From: Candidatus Berkelbacteria bacterium
GTDB lineage: Bacteria; Patescibacteriota; UBA1384; JACPKC01
Length of the DNA stretch: 64,000 nt
Direction: 5' to 3'
Assembly (NCBI GenBank): GCA_016187225.1
Contig: JACPKC010000010.1
Coordinates: 234,283-298,282 of the forward strand
Shown here: positions 10,290 to 18,481 of the stretch, piece by piece
How positions within the stretch are numbered: position 1 is the stretch's first letter
How the letters are laid out: every line of letters starts with the position of its first letter
Notes under the pieces: generated by a model
What the model was told of the DNA's origin: nothing
Databases searched by the model: none
Seen by the model: only the letters and a program-made list of their open reading frames with translations
Made by a program: the position numbers and the translations under genes

Positions 10290-10902
10290 TGGCCTCGCTT
10301 AAACTCATGATTTTGACAATCGCGCCTCGGATGCCCGGGACGGCGCCTTTAATCACCAGGAGGTGTTCATCGGGTAAGATGTCAAGAATTTCAAGATGGT
10401 GAACAGTTGCTTGGCGACCGCCAAGACGCCCTGCCATTCGCTTACCTTTAATCGTTCTTTGCGGGTATGTTGAGCCAATTGAACCTGGTTCGCGAATATT
10501 CATCGAACCGTGGCTACGCGGACCCATGTGAAAATGATGACGTTTAACCGTACCAGCAAAGCCGCGGCCGCGTGAGGTTGAGGTCACGCTGACTCTATCG
10601 CCGAGCGTAAATTGTGTCACATTTAAACTCGAACCGACTTGAGGAAGTTCGCCTTCCATACGGAATTCCTTAAGAATCGCACCAGCTTGCGCACCGATTT
10701 TTTCAATTTGAGTTCGCTGGGGCTTTTTGGCGCGACTTGGATCGCCATAGCCAACCTGAAGAGCGCTATAGCCGTCGTTGGCCTTTGATCGAATTTGCAC
10801 GACTGAATTCGGCAAGGCTTCGATGACTGTGGCACCAACAATCTCGCCTGTATGAGTGGCGACGCGTGTCATCCCAACTTTTCGGCCGAGGATTACTTTC
10901 AT
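10279..10902 (-). CDS. rplC: 50S ribosomal protein L3
   Basis: Starts MKVILGRKVGMTR, the L3 signature. The track ORF extends to 10971 through an upstream Met. Confidence 0.9.
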   Translation of the reverse strand: MKVILGRKVGMTRVATHTGEIVGATVIEALPNSVVQIRSKANDGYSALQVGYGDPSRAKKPQRTQIEKIGAQAGAILKEFRMEGELPQVGSSLNVTQFTLGDRVSVTSTSRGRGFAGTVKRHHFHMGPRSHGSMNIREPGSIGSTYPQRTIKGKRMAGRLGGRQATVHHLEILDILPDEHLLVIKGAVPGIRGAIVKIMSLSEASDE

Positions 10903-10989
10903 AAACAAAATAAATGGCCGGGATCTACTCACATTTGTTTGGTGAACGATCTCCCGACTTTTTGAATCCACTTTTTATGAATTTCTTAA

Positions 10990-11018
10990 ATTTTACAGGT
11001 GGAACTGAAAACTGTCAA
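10990..11018 (-). promoter_or_regulatory. sigma-70-like promoter for the rplC-led ribosomal operon
   Basis: Minus strand reads TTGACA, a 17-nt spacer, then TAAAAT, about 85 nt upstream of the rplC start. Consensus match seen by eye. Confidence 0.45.
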
Positions 11019-11136
11019 CAAGGAGCTATCTTGTACAATGGACAGGTGACTGATATTGTTTAAAGTGTTTTACAATGCTGGAGATCAAAACTATCGCGTA
11101 TCGGTAAAATAAATATTCGAATGGGGGTGATACGCC

Positions 11137-11340
11137 TTGAAAATGACAACACTTGACTGGGTCGCAATGATTCTTGTGATTATCGGGGGTATTAACTGGG
11201 GTCTAGTTGGCCTCCTTGATTACAACCTCGTTGAAAGTCTATTTAGGGAAGGCACATTCCTCACTAAGATTATTTACGATCTCGTCGGTCTTTCAGCGAT
11301 TTACATGATTTTTGTTTCAATGAAGCAAAAAGAAGTTTAG
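11137..11340 (+). CDS. DUF378-family small membrane protein
   Basis: 67 aa with two TM helices and the GGINWGLVG motif typical of DUF378. Confidence 0.7.
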   Translation: MKMTTLDWVAMILVIIGGINWGLVGLLDYNLVESLFREGTFLTKIIYDLVGLSAIYMIFVSMKQKEV

Positions 11341-11364
11341 CTGATCATGATTCCTAAATTAACA

Positions 11365-11388
11365 AGCTCCTCATGGGATGAGGAGCTT
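11365..11388. terminator. bidirectional intrinsic terminator hairpin between convergent genes
   Basis: AAGCTCCTCAT-GGG-ATGAGGAGCTT perfect stem followed by a T-rich tract. It lies between the end of the DUF378 gene and the end of the 11438..12208 gene. Confidence 0.45.
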
Positions 11389-11437
11389 GTTGGTTATTTA
11401 TGATAACTTCTTCGGCAAATCTGAATATGAAAGGAGT

Positions 11438-12208
11438 CTAGTGTTTTTTTCTGTCAGCGGCCAATGCTTGACGTTTTGAATAGGATATTGCGTAGGCAAA
11501 CATGAATACAAATGAAACTAATGCGGCATAGAAACTAAACTGCGAATTAACAGTTTGCCCGATTTTGTCGGGATTCAGGTGCGGGACAGTGTGGAAGATT
11601 ATAAAGTAGGTGCCGAGCGTTAATACTCTCGCCTGAAGCCATCGCTCCCTGTCTATGAGTGCAACGACGAATGCCGCGGCGAGTACGGCAAAATGTTGTA
11701 TAGCGCTTTCCACGCCAAAATTAAGATATACAAACACCCAATTCCAAATCGTATAACCCGCTATCCACTGAAGGGTCATACCGCGCCACGACAAATCTTT
11801 GTGCTTTGTTTTTGAGTCTATGTGAATCGAACTTATTTTCTCGAGAGTCAAGACAAGCAAAACACCTGCCACCGCATTTAGATAGTTTGGGGCGCCGCCT
11901 GATATGACATCTCTGAAAACCGCTTCGAAAATATTAGTGGCCAGAAGGCCGTATATTACCCATTGACCAAACTTGTGTTTTCCAAGGCTAGTGTTTCTAT
12001 ATATGGAGAGAACGATGATGCCGACCTCGATCGAGAACACCTTCATCCATGGAAACCAATCTGACTCGCCCCAAAGCAGTAACCAACACGTATAGAGTAT
12101 AAACGGAACGGCCAACCAAAAATAAAGTGTAAATTTGGGGTACCGACGAAATAATTCCTGGGAAACTAGCAGTACTAAAAATACGCCCATGGCAACGATG
12201 AAATTCAT
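11438..12208 (-). CDS. integral membrane protein, unknown function
   Basis: 256 aa with several hydrophobic helices. I do not recognise the family. Confidence 0.5.
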   Translation of the reverse strand: MNFIVAMGVFLVLLVSQELFRRYPKFTLYFWLAVPFILYTCWLLLWGESDWFPWMKVFSIEVGIIVLSIYRNTSLGKHKFGQWVIYGLLATNIFEAVFRDVISGGAPNYLNAVAGVLLVLTLEKISSIHIDSKTKHKDLSWRGMTLQWIAGYTIWNWVFVYLNFGVESAIQHFAVLAAAFVVALIDRERWLQARVLTLGTYFIIFHTVPHLNPDKIGQTVNSQFSFYAALVSFVFMFAYAISYSKRQALAADRKKH

Positions 12209-12606
12209 GCTTAGATTATATCATGCATCAGCTCAAATTGTATAATCTGAAAGCCGTGTTTCTTAACCTCCTCCGACGACCAAAAAGTTAAGCTCTGGTT
12301 TTTAAAATGTGAATAGCAATAACCTAAACTTTTCTTATTCTTTTGTATCTTTGTCCTACGCCTCTAAGACTAAGATATTACCACCAAACGAGACTTGTTC
12401 GGAATTAAGAAAGCAGAGCGTTTTGCGGAAAACCCTGATTAATCGCCTCCGCTTCGTTTCGGGCATGTCGGACGCGGCGGAGGGTGAGCGCTTCAAAATA
12501 TGAATCAACGCAGATAAATGGCAGATTCTCTTGATCGAGTTTAGTTGAGCTTAAAGTTGCGAAATTGGCAAACCAGACGACTAAAATTCATTAGTCTTGC
12601 AAAAAT

Positions 12607-13182
12607 TTAGACCTTGAGCAGGCCACGGAACCCCCTGGCGGCATAATAGGATTCTGCGCCATTGTGATACGTAAAAACTGTCTCGTAGCGCCGGTCGCAA
12701 AAGAGGGCGCCGCCAAGCATACGAATGCTCACAGGCGTTTGCACCCAACTCGATGTCTTCGTATCAAAAATGCCCAGTTTCTGTAACTCGCGATATTGTT
12801 GCTCCGTTAAAAGTTCAATGCCAATGGCCGCGGCCAAATCTAGAGCGCTATTTTTTGGCTGATGTTTTTTTCTTGATCCCAACGCCTCGTGGTCGTAACA
12901 AACATTTCTGCGGCCGATCGGACTTTCGGCCGAGGAATCAACAAAAAAGTATTCATCTGTTTTCTTATCGAAACCAACAACATCCGGTTCGCCACCAGTT
13001 GCTTCCATTTCATTAAGCGACCATAACTTTTTAGGACTATTTGTCAACTTGGTTTGTATTGTTACCCACTCGAGACCTTGATGGCGGTTCATGTTTTTCT
13101 CAAAACGGACTTTCAATACTTGAAGCATTTTTTCGCGTTGTTCTAATGATAACTTATTTTCATTGCTTTTCGTGTTGCTCAT
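12607..13182 (-). CDS. DUF4256-family protein
   Basis: 191 aa. LEWV..Q.KL...P.KLWSLNEME.TGGEPDVVG.DKKT.EY..., CYD.EAL.SRKKH.P, GGALFCDRRY and HNGAESYYAARGFRG match the DUF4256 family as I recall it. Confidence 0.65.
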   Translation of the reverse strand: MSNTKSNENKLSLEQREKMLQVLKVRFEKNMNRHQGLEWVTIQTKLTNSPKKLWSLNEMEATGGEPDVVGFDKKTDEYFFVDSSAESPIGRRNVCYDHEALGSRKKHQPKNSALDLAAAIGIELLTEQQYRELQKLGIFDTKTSSWVQTPVSIRMLGGALFCDRRYETVFTYHNGAESYYAARGFRGLLKV

Positions 13183-13364
13183 GTTTTGATACTACCTCAT
13201 AAGTTCACCTTAGAAGAGCAACGAAGGCGGAGTGTACCTTTGCTTTGAACTTTGCCATTATTGAGATCAGCGAAGTAACTGCGTCGCCAATAAGTCTTCT
13301 TAACACTTCCCCAATAATTACCCATAATTATTTTGCTTTCGGCTCAAGCAGAATAATTTAGAAA

Positions 13365-13592
13365 CTATTTTACTCTGAACTCAAAAACGTCAAAGGTAAA
13401 GTCAATACCCTGCGGCTTACTAAATTTATTGACAAACTCATATCCATTTTCCCCTGCAAGCTTAAATGGCAAATCGACATCAATGTCGGCAAAATTCGCC
13501 CAGCCAAAGTATATTCGTGCGTTAGGTTTGAGATATGCGCCAACTTCCCCAAAAAATTTGCGTTTCATTTCATCTTCGGGGTCCCAAAACAT
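13365..13592 (-). pseudogene. short ORF, possibly a C-terminal remnant of a SAM-dependent methyltransferase-like gene
   Basis: 75 aa (…GAYLKPNARIYFGWANFADID…) resembling the C-terminal LKPGG-type segment of class I MTases, with no N-terminal SAM-binding part. Weak support. Confidence 0.25.
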
Positions 13593-13634
13593 CCGGTCAA
13601 TGACGTTTTTAAATACGTTTGATTTATTGACTAC

Positions 13635-14066
13635 TCATAAATTCTTCGCAATAAGTTTAGAGATTTCTTCCAACTCTGCTTCGGGCGATTCCTTTCTTTC
13701 GCCTGGTCGGTATAGGAACTTTCTTGGCTCATATTCATAAGTTCCAGCATCACCTTCTTTGCGCGGGATAATGTGTAAATGGAAATGCGGAACGGATTGA
13801 CCTGCAAGTTTTTCATCATTCCAAGCAAAATTGAAACCAGCGGCGTCAAATGTTTGAACAAGTGCACCTAATATTTTTACTCGCAGGTCTTCAATTGCCC
13901 GCATTTCCTCACCTGTCAGGTTTTCATATTTAGCGACATGTCTTTTAGGAACAATGAGCGTATGGCCTAGGACAATAGGCATTTTCCCCAAAAACGCAAA
14001 AGCTAAATCATTCTCAATAATTTTCCGCTTTTGTATATCTGAAGATGTGCAATACGGACAGCTCAT
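13635..14066 (-). CDS. HIT-family hydrolase
   Basis: 143 aa with the histidine triad HFHLHIIPR. Confidence 0.85.
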   Translation of the reverse strand: MSCPYCTSSDIQKRKIIENDLAFAFLGKMPIVLGHTLIVPKRHVAKYENLTGEEMRAIEDLRVKILGALVQTFDAAGFNFAWNDEKLAGQSVPHFHLHIIPRKEGDAGTYEYEPRKFLYRPGERKESPEAELEEISKLIAKNL

Positions 14067-14213
14067 AAATTTTCCAGAGGATAAATATCAAAAGTAACTT
14101 CCTCGTACGAGTGAACGCTTTTCAAAACTCCTCCCAGCCACGTTGTTTGTCTATTTTTTGTTTTTCTTTATTAAGCCGAGTATTAAGGAGGGTCTGGTAG
14201 CAGTTAAAGAAAA

Positions 14214-14550
14214 TTATCTTCGCATCTTGCTACTGCCACTTATCTGCGAAAAAATTTGCTCAGGCGTTTGGTTTGCATTAATCATTCTTATATTTAGCTT
14301 TTTTGCTTTTTCTTCAATTTCCTTTGCCCAGTTTAAAGAATTTTGAAGTTGATAATTAGTTCTACCCATTGGGTTTTCTCGGCTCTCATGTCTTAATCGT
14401 TGGGCAAGAATTTCCGGTGATGTTTTAAGGAAGTAAACTTCGTCGAACAAGTCTATCATGTCGAAAACATTTCCTGACATTCCAAAAAGATAAATATCAT
14501 TTTGTTGCTCTGCAAGAAATTTTGATAAGAAATTTCTATCCATCAGAAAT
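14214..14550 (-). pseudogene. N-terminally truncated P-loop NMP/nucleoside-kinase-like remnant
   Basis: The C-terminal part (…IYLFGMSGNVFDMIDLFDEVYFLKTSPEILAQRLRHESRENPMGR…) looks like a kinase core plus LID. The upstream part of the track ORF (to 14762) is just translation of the repeat at 14703-14760, and no Walker A is present. Confidence 0.3.
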
Positions 14551-14702
14551 TCGTGGTTATCCAAAAATTCTTTATTCACATTTTGGCACTTTGTTATATT
14601 GCTGGATAATATTATACTAAAATACACTATGGTACTTCTTGATTTAGCCGCCGGATTTTTTCGCCGAAATGCCAGAGGCGCTGGCTCAGGCAATCTTTCT
14701 TC

Positions 14703-14760
14703 AAATCTGAAATGGTGGTGTTTGTTTAAAAAAGTCAGAACCCATTTTGCGGAGAACCCC
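14703..14760. repeat. outer-left repeat arm (Y-core), inverted relative to 18211-18262
   Basis: The minus strand reads GGGGTTCTCCGCAAAATGGGTTCTGACTTTTTTAAACAAACACCACCATTTC. This matches plus strand 18211-18262 with 2 mismatches. Confidence 0.7.
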
Positions 14761-15008
14761 AATTAAGGAAGCCAGCCCGCCGCCGCGAGCTGATGCTCGC
14801 CACCCAGCAAAAAAGTTTTCTCTGCATTTCTGATTTTGCGCGCGGAAGAATTTCTCTTAAATGGAAAAGAAAATTTTGTTTCTGGTGTTCTGCCCTCAAG
14901 GTCTCGGGCAGTTGGCGGGGCTAGATTTGGACTCGGAAAAGTGAAAACTATTTTTTGGGGATTAGGATTTCACTTTTCCGAGACTGATTTTTTGATTTGG
15001 GGATTTTG

Positions 15009-15068
15009 TCCGCCCGCAGGAGGGGTTTGGGGAGGAATGCGGGCGGGTTTTTCTTTTTGGTTTTGGGC
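15009..15068 (+). terminator. inner-left inverted repeat: GC-rich hairpin plus U-tract
   Basis: CCGCCCGCA-(19-nt loop)-TGCGGGCGG followed by TTTTTCTTTTTGGTTTTGGG. It is near-identical (1 indel in about 60 nt) to the reverse complement of 18079-18140, directly 3' of the prs-like gene. Confidence 0.55.
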
Positions 15069-15940
15069 TAATTAGAGACAATTTCATTAAGAATCAAAAC
15101 GGAAACATCGATATTAGTATCAGCACAATCAATGCTGTTTGTTAGATAAAGTTTTGAATATGATTTTTTAAGTCTTTGTGTTCCCGAATCAAGCAAGCCG
15201 TGCGTTACGAGTGCAATTACATCTTTCGCTCCAATCTTTTGACATAGCTCAGCAAACTTTACAGCAGTGCCACCAGTTTCAACCAAATCATCAATAACTC
15301 CAACTGTCTGGTTTTTTACGGTCTTAATAAAATTTTCGTCATGTACGATATCAATTTCAAAAGAATTTATTCTCTTTTTTGCAGTCCCTTGTAGCAACAT
15401 TCTTCTCTGAGAGCCTTGATCTGGAGCCAAAAAAATAGCAGAAGGATAGTCAATTAACGCGGCATCTTTTAACATTGGCGTAGCCGAAATGTTTTTTATT
15501 GGATATTTTCCAAACCATGGCTGTCCGAAAAAATGAGCGTCAAGGACATAGATTTGTTTTATGTGGTAATAATCAACCAATTTTATGATAAGATTTTCGG
15601 CGGCATTTGTTTCTCCTGAATACTTCGGATTATCCTGCATACCATATGGAAAGTAGGAAAAGAAAATTTCTATATTTTTATAACCAAGATTTGTTAGTAT
15701 ATTGAGAAGCATTTCAAGCTCGATAATTCCTGCATTTGGGTCTGGGGCTCCAGTATGAAGAATTACAATTCTTTTATTCAGTTCGATTTTCTGAAGTTTT
15801 ACATATACCTCACCATCAGGAAAAAATCGTTTTCCATCTTTATTTCCCTCAAGAAAAACAATCTCACAGTCTTTTGGTACTGACATAAGTCTGGCAAGAT
15901 GTTCCGCATGTAGCGTAGGAATAATTGTTACATTAGGCAT
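15068..15940 (-). CDS. ribose-phosphate pyrophosphokinase family protein (Prs-like, short atypical form)
   Basis: 290 aa with Prs landmarks: F.DGEV, YFPYGMQD (compare YFGYARQDR), LDAHF (compare DLHA), and the PRPP-binding loop VGVIDDLVETGGT. It lacks about 25 aa relative to canonical Prs. Confidence 0.75.
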   Translation of the reverse strand: MPNVTIIPTLHAEHLARLMSVPKDCEIVFLEGNKDGKRFFPDGEVYVKLQKIELNKRIVILHTGAPDPNAGIIELEMLLNILTNLGYKNIEIFFSYFPYGMQDNPKYSGETNAAENLIIKLVDYYHIKQIYVLDAHFFGQPWFGKYPIKNISATPMLKDAALIDYPSAIFLAPDQGSQRRMLLQGTAKKRINSFEIDIVHDENFIKTVKNQTVGVIDDLVETGGTAVKFAELCQKIGAKDVIALVTHGLLDSGTQRLKKSYSKLYLTNSIDCADTNIDVSVLILNEIVSN

Positions 15941-17366
15941 GATGTTTTATCAGGTCTTCAGAGTGTTTTTTTACTTTTTCTGAAATTATTACATCAACGG
16001 TGATATTTTCTTTTTCAAAATTTAGAACATCATCAGGTAATAATTCTATTTGTGCTTCAGCTCTTTCTTTTGCAGTTTTTGTTAAATCAATATCCGAGGT
16101 TTCCCATTCTCCAATAATATTTCCATTTGAAACAACCTGTTTCAGTAATGGTTCGCCGTCAATTTTCTCATCATACATTCCGATTACATCATGTTTAAGT
16201 AAACCTGTTTTTTTATCCAAAACTCTAAAAACCTGATGCGAACCTGGCAAAGTGGTCTTACCTTTATCAGCAGATATTTTTATTTTTGAAATGACTTCAT
16301 CCCCGTGCTTAATTCCTTTTAATTTGTAAACCATTCCTAAAGCAGGTTTTTCTCCTCCAGTAACAAGTTCAGTACCAACACCAATAAAATCTGGAGTAAC
16401 CTTATTTTTTGCTAGATCAAGTATTTTATATTCGTTCATATCTCCAGTAAGCATAATTTTTACATTAGGAAAACTCGCTTCAGAAAATATCTTTTTTACT
16501 TCTGGAATCAACTCTTTAACATTTCCGCTATCAATTCTTACCCCAAATAATTCATGACCATTTTGTCTCATTTCTTTTGCAACCTCAACAGCATTTTGCG
16601 CTCCTTTTATAACATTGTAGGTGTCAATTAAAAAAGTTACTTTGTTTTTATAGGAAACAAATTCATAAAAAGACTTAAATGCTTCTCTTTCATTTTCTCT
16701 TCTTTGTATATCAGCGTGCATTAAACTACTTCCGCTTACAGGAATACCAAATAGTTTTCCAGCAAGTGAATCTGAACTAATTGAAAATCCTGATATATAA
16801 GCCGCCCTAGCGCCATAATGGCCAGAATTTGTTTGCGAACGCCTAAGCCCCATTTCAAGCAGTGAGGCGTTATTACCCATTTGTTTTGCAGCCCAAACGG
16901 ATCTAATGGCTTTTGTTGCAATTAATGTTGGATAGCCAACTTGACTTAAAAAATAGGTTTCCAGTAGTTGTACAGCTACTGTTGGCCCCTCAATTCGCAT
17001 TATAGGTTCCTGGGGGAACATTATTGTTCCTTCTTCAACTGACCAAATATTTACATCCTTAAAAATATTACTTCCTTCTTTAACTAGATAATCAATAAAA
17101 TCTTTTGAAAATCCTTGGTTCAATAACCATTCAGAATCACTTTCATCTAATTTTGACTTTAAATAACGTAGGGCATACGGCATACCGACAGCGATAACAA
17201 AATTGTTACCTTTGTATGGAGGAATTCTAAAAAACATCTCATGTACTTCAATTTCTGAAAAGTTTTGAGCCCAATTTCTTTCGGAAGCACGAATATTATA
17301 TAAGTCCGTATTTAGAATCGACGGAATATCTTTTATTGATTGGCTCTCGTTATTATTTTTGTTCAT
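15933..17366 (-). CDS. type II phosphoribosyltransferase of the NAPRTase/NAMPT superfamily (nicotinate/nicotinamide PRTase-like)
   Basis: 477 aa. …GLRRSQTNSG… and …SSDSLAGKLFGIPVSGSSLMHADIQ… align with the FGTRR / GTSN…G(T)MAH active-site layout of PncB/NAMPT-family enzymes. Start overlaps the prs-like gene by 8 nt. Confidence 0.7.
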   Translation of the reverse strand: MNKNNNESQSIKDIPSILNTDLYNIRASERNWAQNFSEIEVHEMFFRIPPYKGNNFVIAVGMPYALRYLKSKLDESDSEWLLNQGFSKDFIDYLVKEGSNIFKDVNIWSVEEGTIMFPQEPIMRIEGPTVAVQLLETYFLSQVGYPTLIATKAIRSVWAAKQMGNNASLLEMGLRRSQTNSGHYGARAAYISGFSISSDSLAGKLFGIPVSGSSLMHADIQRRENEREAFKSFYEFVSYKNKVTFLIDTYNVIKGAQNAVEVAKEMRQNGHELFGVRIDSGNVKELIPEVKKIFSEASFPNVKIMLTGDMNEYKILDLAKNKVTPDFIGVGTELVTGGEKPALGMVYKLKGIKHGDEVISKIKISADKGKTTLPGSHQVFRVLDKKTGLLKHDVIGMYDEKIDGEPLLKQVVSNGNIIGEWETSDIDLTKTAKERAEAQIELLPDDVLNFEKENITVDVIISEKVKKHSEDLIKHHA

Positions 17367-18042
17367 TTTCTTGTTTTAGTTTTGCATATTTTAATAAAAT
17401 TGGTTCTATTTCTTTTTCACTTTCTATAAAATAAACATGGCCCCAAACATTTTGGTCGTATTTATTTTTTATTTGTTCCTCATATTCTTTTTTCCAATGT
17501 TCACCAACAAAAATAACAGGGTTCGGTAATTTTCCTACATGTTTATCAAATGAATCTATTTTATCCAAAGCAAAACGCATTTCAGTTTCTGTTCCAGTTC
17601 CTTTTTTACCCCCAGGAAGAACAATATATGCGCCACTTCTATTAAATAAACCTCTGAATTTTCCAGCTTGCTCGTCTTCGTAATATACTCCGCGCAAATG
17701 ACCAGGAATATTTTCAGTAGCAAACCCAGCTTCTTTTCCAACGGTTGTTTTTACAACAATAACTTTACCCTCATTTTCCACCACACCAGAGGAAACATTT
17801 TCAATTGAACCTTTATCTCCACCAACGATAACAGTTAGACCTAAATCTGCGAGTTCCTTGCCAAGCTCCTTCCATTTTTCAACCGCTTCAGGATTTTGTT
17901 TATCGAAGGTGCCAAATACAGAAATACGTTTTATTTTTTCCTTAATCAACAAAGCATTCTTATCGTTTCCAGTAGAAATTTTTTGAGGACTAACAATTTC
18001 CCCTGACTCTTGTTTATCACTAAAAAATTGCTCTTTTTCCAT
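17353..18042 (-). CDS. LOG/SLOG-superfamily Rossmann-fold protein (TIGR00730/00725-like)
   Basis: 229 aa. VIVGGDKGS… and …VLPGGKKGTGTETEM resemble the GGGxxGxMG and PGGxGTxEE motifs of LOG-family phosphoribohydrolases / SLOG nucleotide sensors. Start overlaps the NAPRT-like gene by 14 nt. Confidence 0.5.
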   Translation of the reverse strand: MEKEQFFSDKQESGEIVSPQKISTGNDKNALLIKEKIKRISVFGTFDKQNPEAVEKWKELGKELADLGLTVIVGGDKGSIENVSSGVVENEGKVIVVKTTVGKEAGFATENIPGHLRGVYYEDEQAGKFRGLFNRSGAYIVLPGGKKGTGTETEMRFALDKIDSFDKHVGKLPNPVIFVGEHWKKEYEEQIKNKYDQNVWGHVYFIESEKEIEPILLKYAKLKQENEQK

Positions 18043-18047
18043 ATGTA

Positions 18048-18062
18048 TGATATTAGCATTTT
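18048..18062 (-). promoter_or_regulatory. extended -10 promoter (TGCTAATAT) immediately upstream of the LOG-like gene
   Basis: Minus strand reads ...TTAAAAAAATGCTAATATCATACATATGG, where ATG is the LOG-like start. The -10 sits only about 7 nt from the start codon, implying a leaderless or near-leaderless mRNA. Confidence 0.3.
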
Positions 18063-18078
18063 TTTAATCTTCTACTAG

Positions 18079-18140
18079 CCCAAAACCAAAAAGAAAAACC
18101 CGCCCGCATTCCTCCCCAAACCCCTCCTGCGGGCGGGACG
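18079..18140 (-). terminator. inner-right inverted repeat: same hairpin plus U-tract as 15009-15068 in opposite orientation
   Basis: Minus strand reads CCCGCCCGCAGGAGGGGTTTGGGGAGGAATGCGGGCGGGTTTTTCTTTTTGGTTTTGGG. It would terminate minus-strand transcripts entering the cassette from the recombinase side. Confidence 0.55.
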
Positions 18141-18210
18141 AGAGCCGAGGCAGGGCGAATCCATATCCCCAGTCAAATGTTTCGCCCCGCCGAGTCCGCA
18201 TTAGTTTTCA

Positions 18211-18262
18211 GGGTTCTCCACAAAATGGGTTCTGACTTTTTCAAACAAACACCACCATTTCG
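18211..18262. repeat. outer-right repeat arm (Y-core), inverted copy of 14703-14760
   Basis: GGGTTCTCCACAAAATGGGTTCTGACTTTTTCAAACAAACACCACCATTTCG. Confidence 0.7.
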
Positions 18263-18376
18263 AATTTGCCGAAGAAGTTGCCTCGGGGCTTCGCCCCTCG
18301 GCATTGGTTTCCGCCAAGAAATTCCAGGGGGTTTTGAATTCCGCCAAAAGAATTCCCGCCGAAATTCGGCGGTTCC
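18252..18376. repeat. left arm of a roughly 125-bp inverted repeat (core-X) flanking the recombinase gene
   Basis: About 100 nt are identical to the reverse complement of 19859-19983, then there are 4 mismatches in the last 25 nt. It contains degenerate tandem motifs TTCCGCCAAGAAATTCC / ATTCCGCCAAAAGAATTCC / CGCCGAAATTCGG and a GGGGC-TTC-GCCCC hairpin. Confidence 0.75.
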
Positions 18377-18481
18377 CAAACGAAGTTTGGATTGCGCCAA
18401 AGGCGCAAGAGCCGATGAAGAGAGATTTTTAGAAATTGTCGGTGTAAGTGCATTGCCTTTATCAATTTAATTCCCGAAGCT

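Noticed and set aside
14836-15075. ORF-track CDS 14836..15075 (+), Gly/Trp-rich 79 aa
   Set aside because: It is a translation of the GC-rich inner-left repeat/terminator hairpin. The composition is not protein-like and there is no RBS.
17353-18042. Calling the LOG/SLOG-like protein a lysine decarboxylase (the common database mis-annotation)
   Set aside because: That label is a known legacy error for TIGR00730-family proteins. Only the fold-level assignment is supportable from the motifs seen.
18173-18470. ORF-track CDSs 18173..18400 (-), 18177..18470 (+), 18241..18489 (-), and their mirror images 19826..20023 (-) and 19845..20048 (+)
   Set aside because: They share identical peptide segments only because they are translations of the two arms of the roughly 125-bp inverted repeat in both directions. 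They are duplicated non-coding sequence, not paralogous genes.
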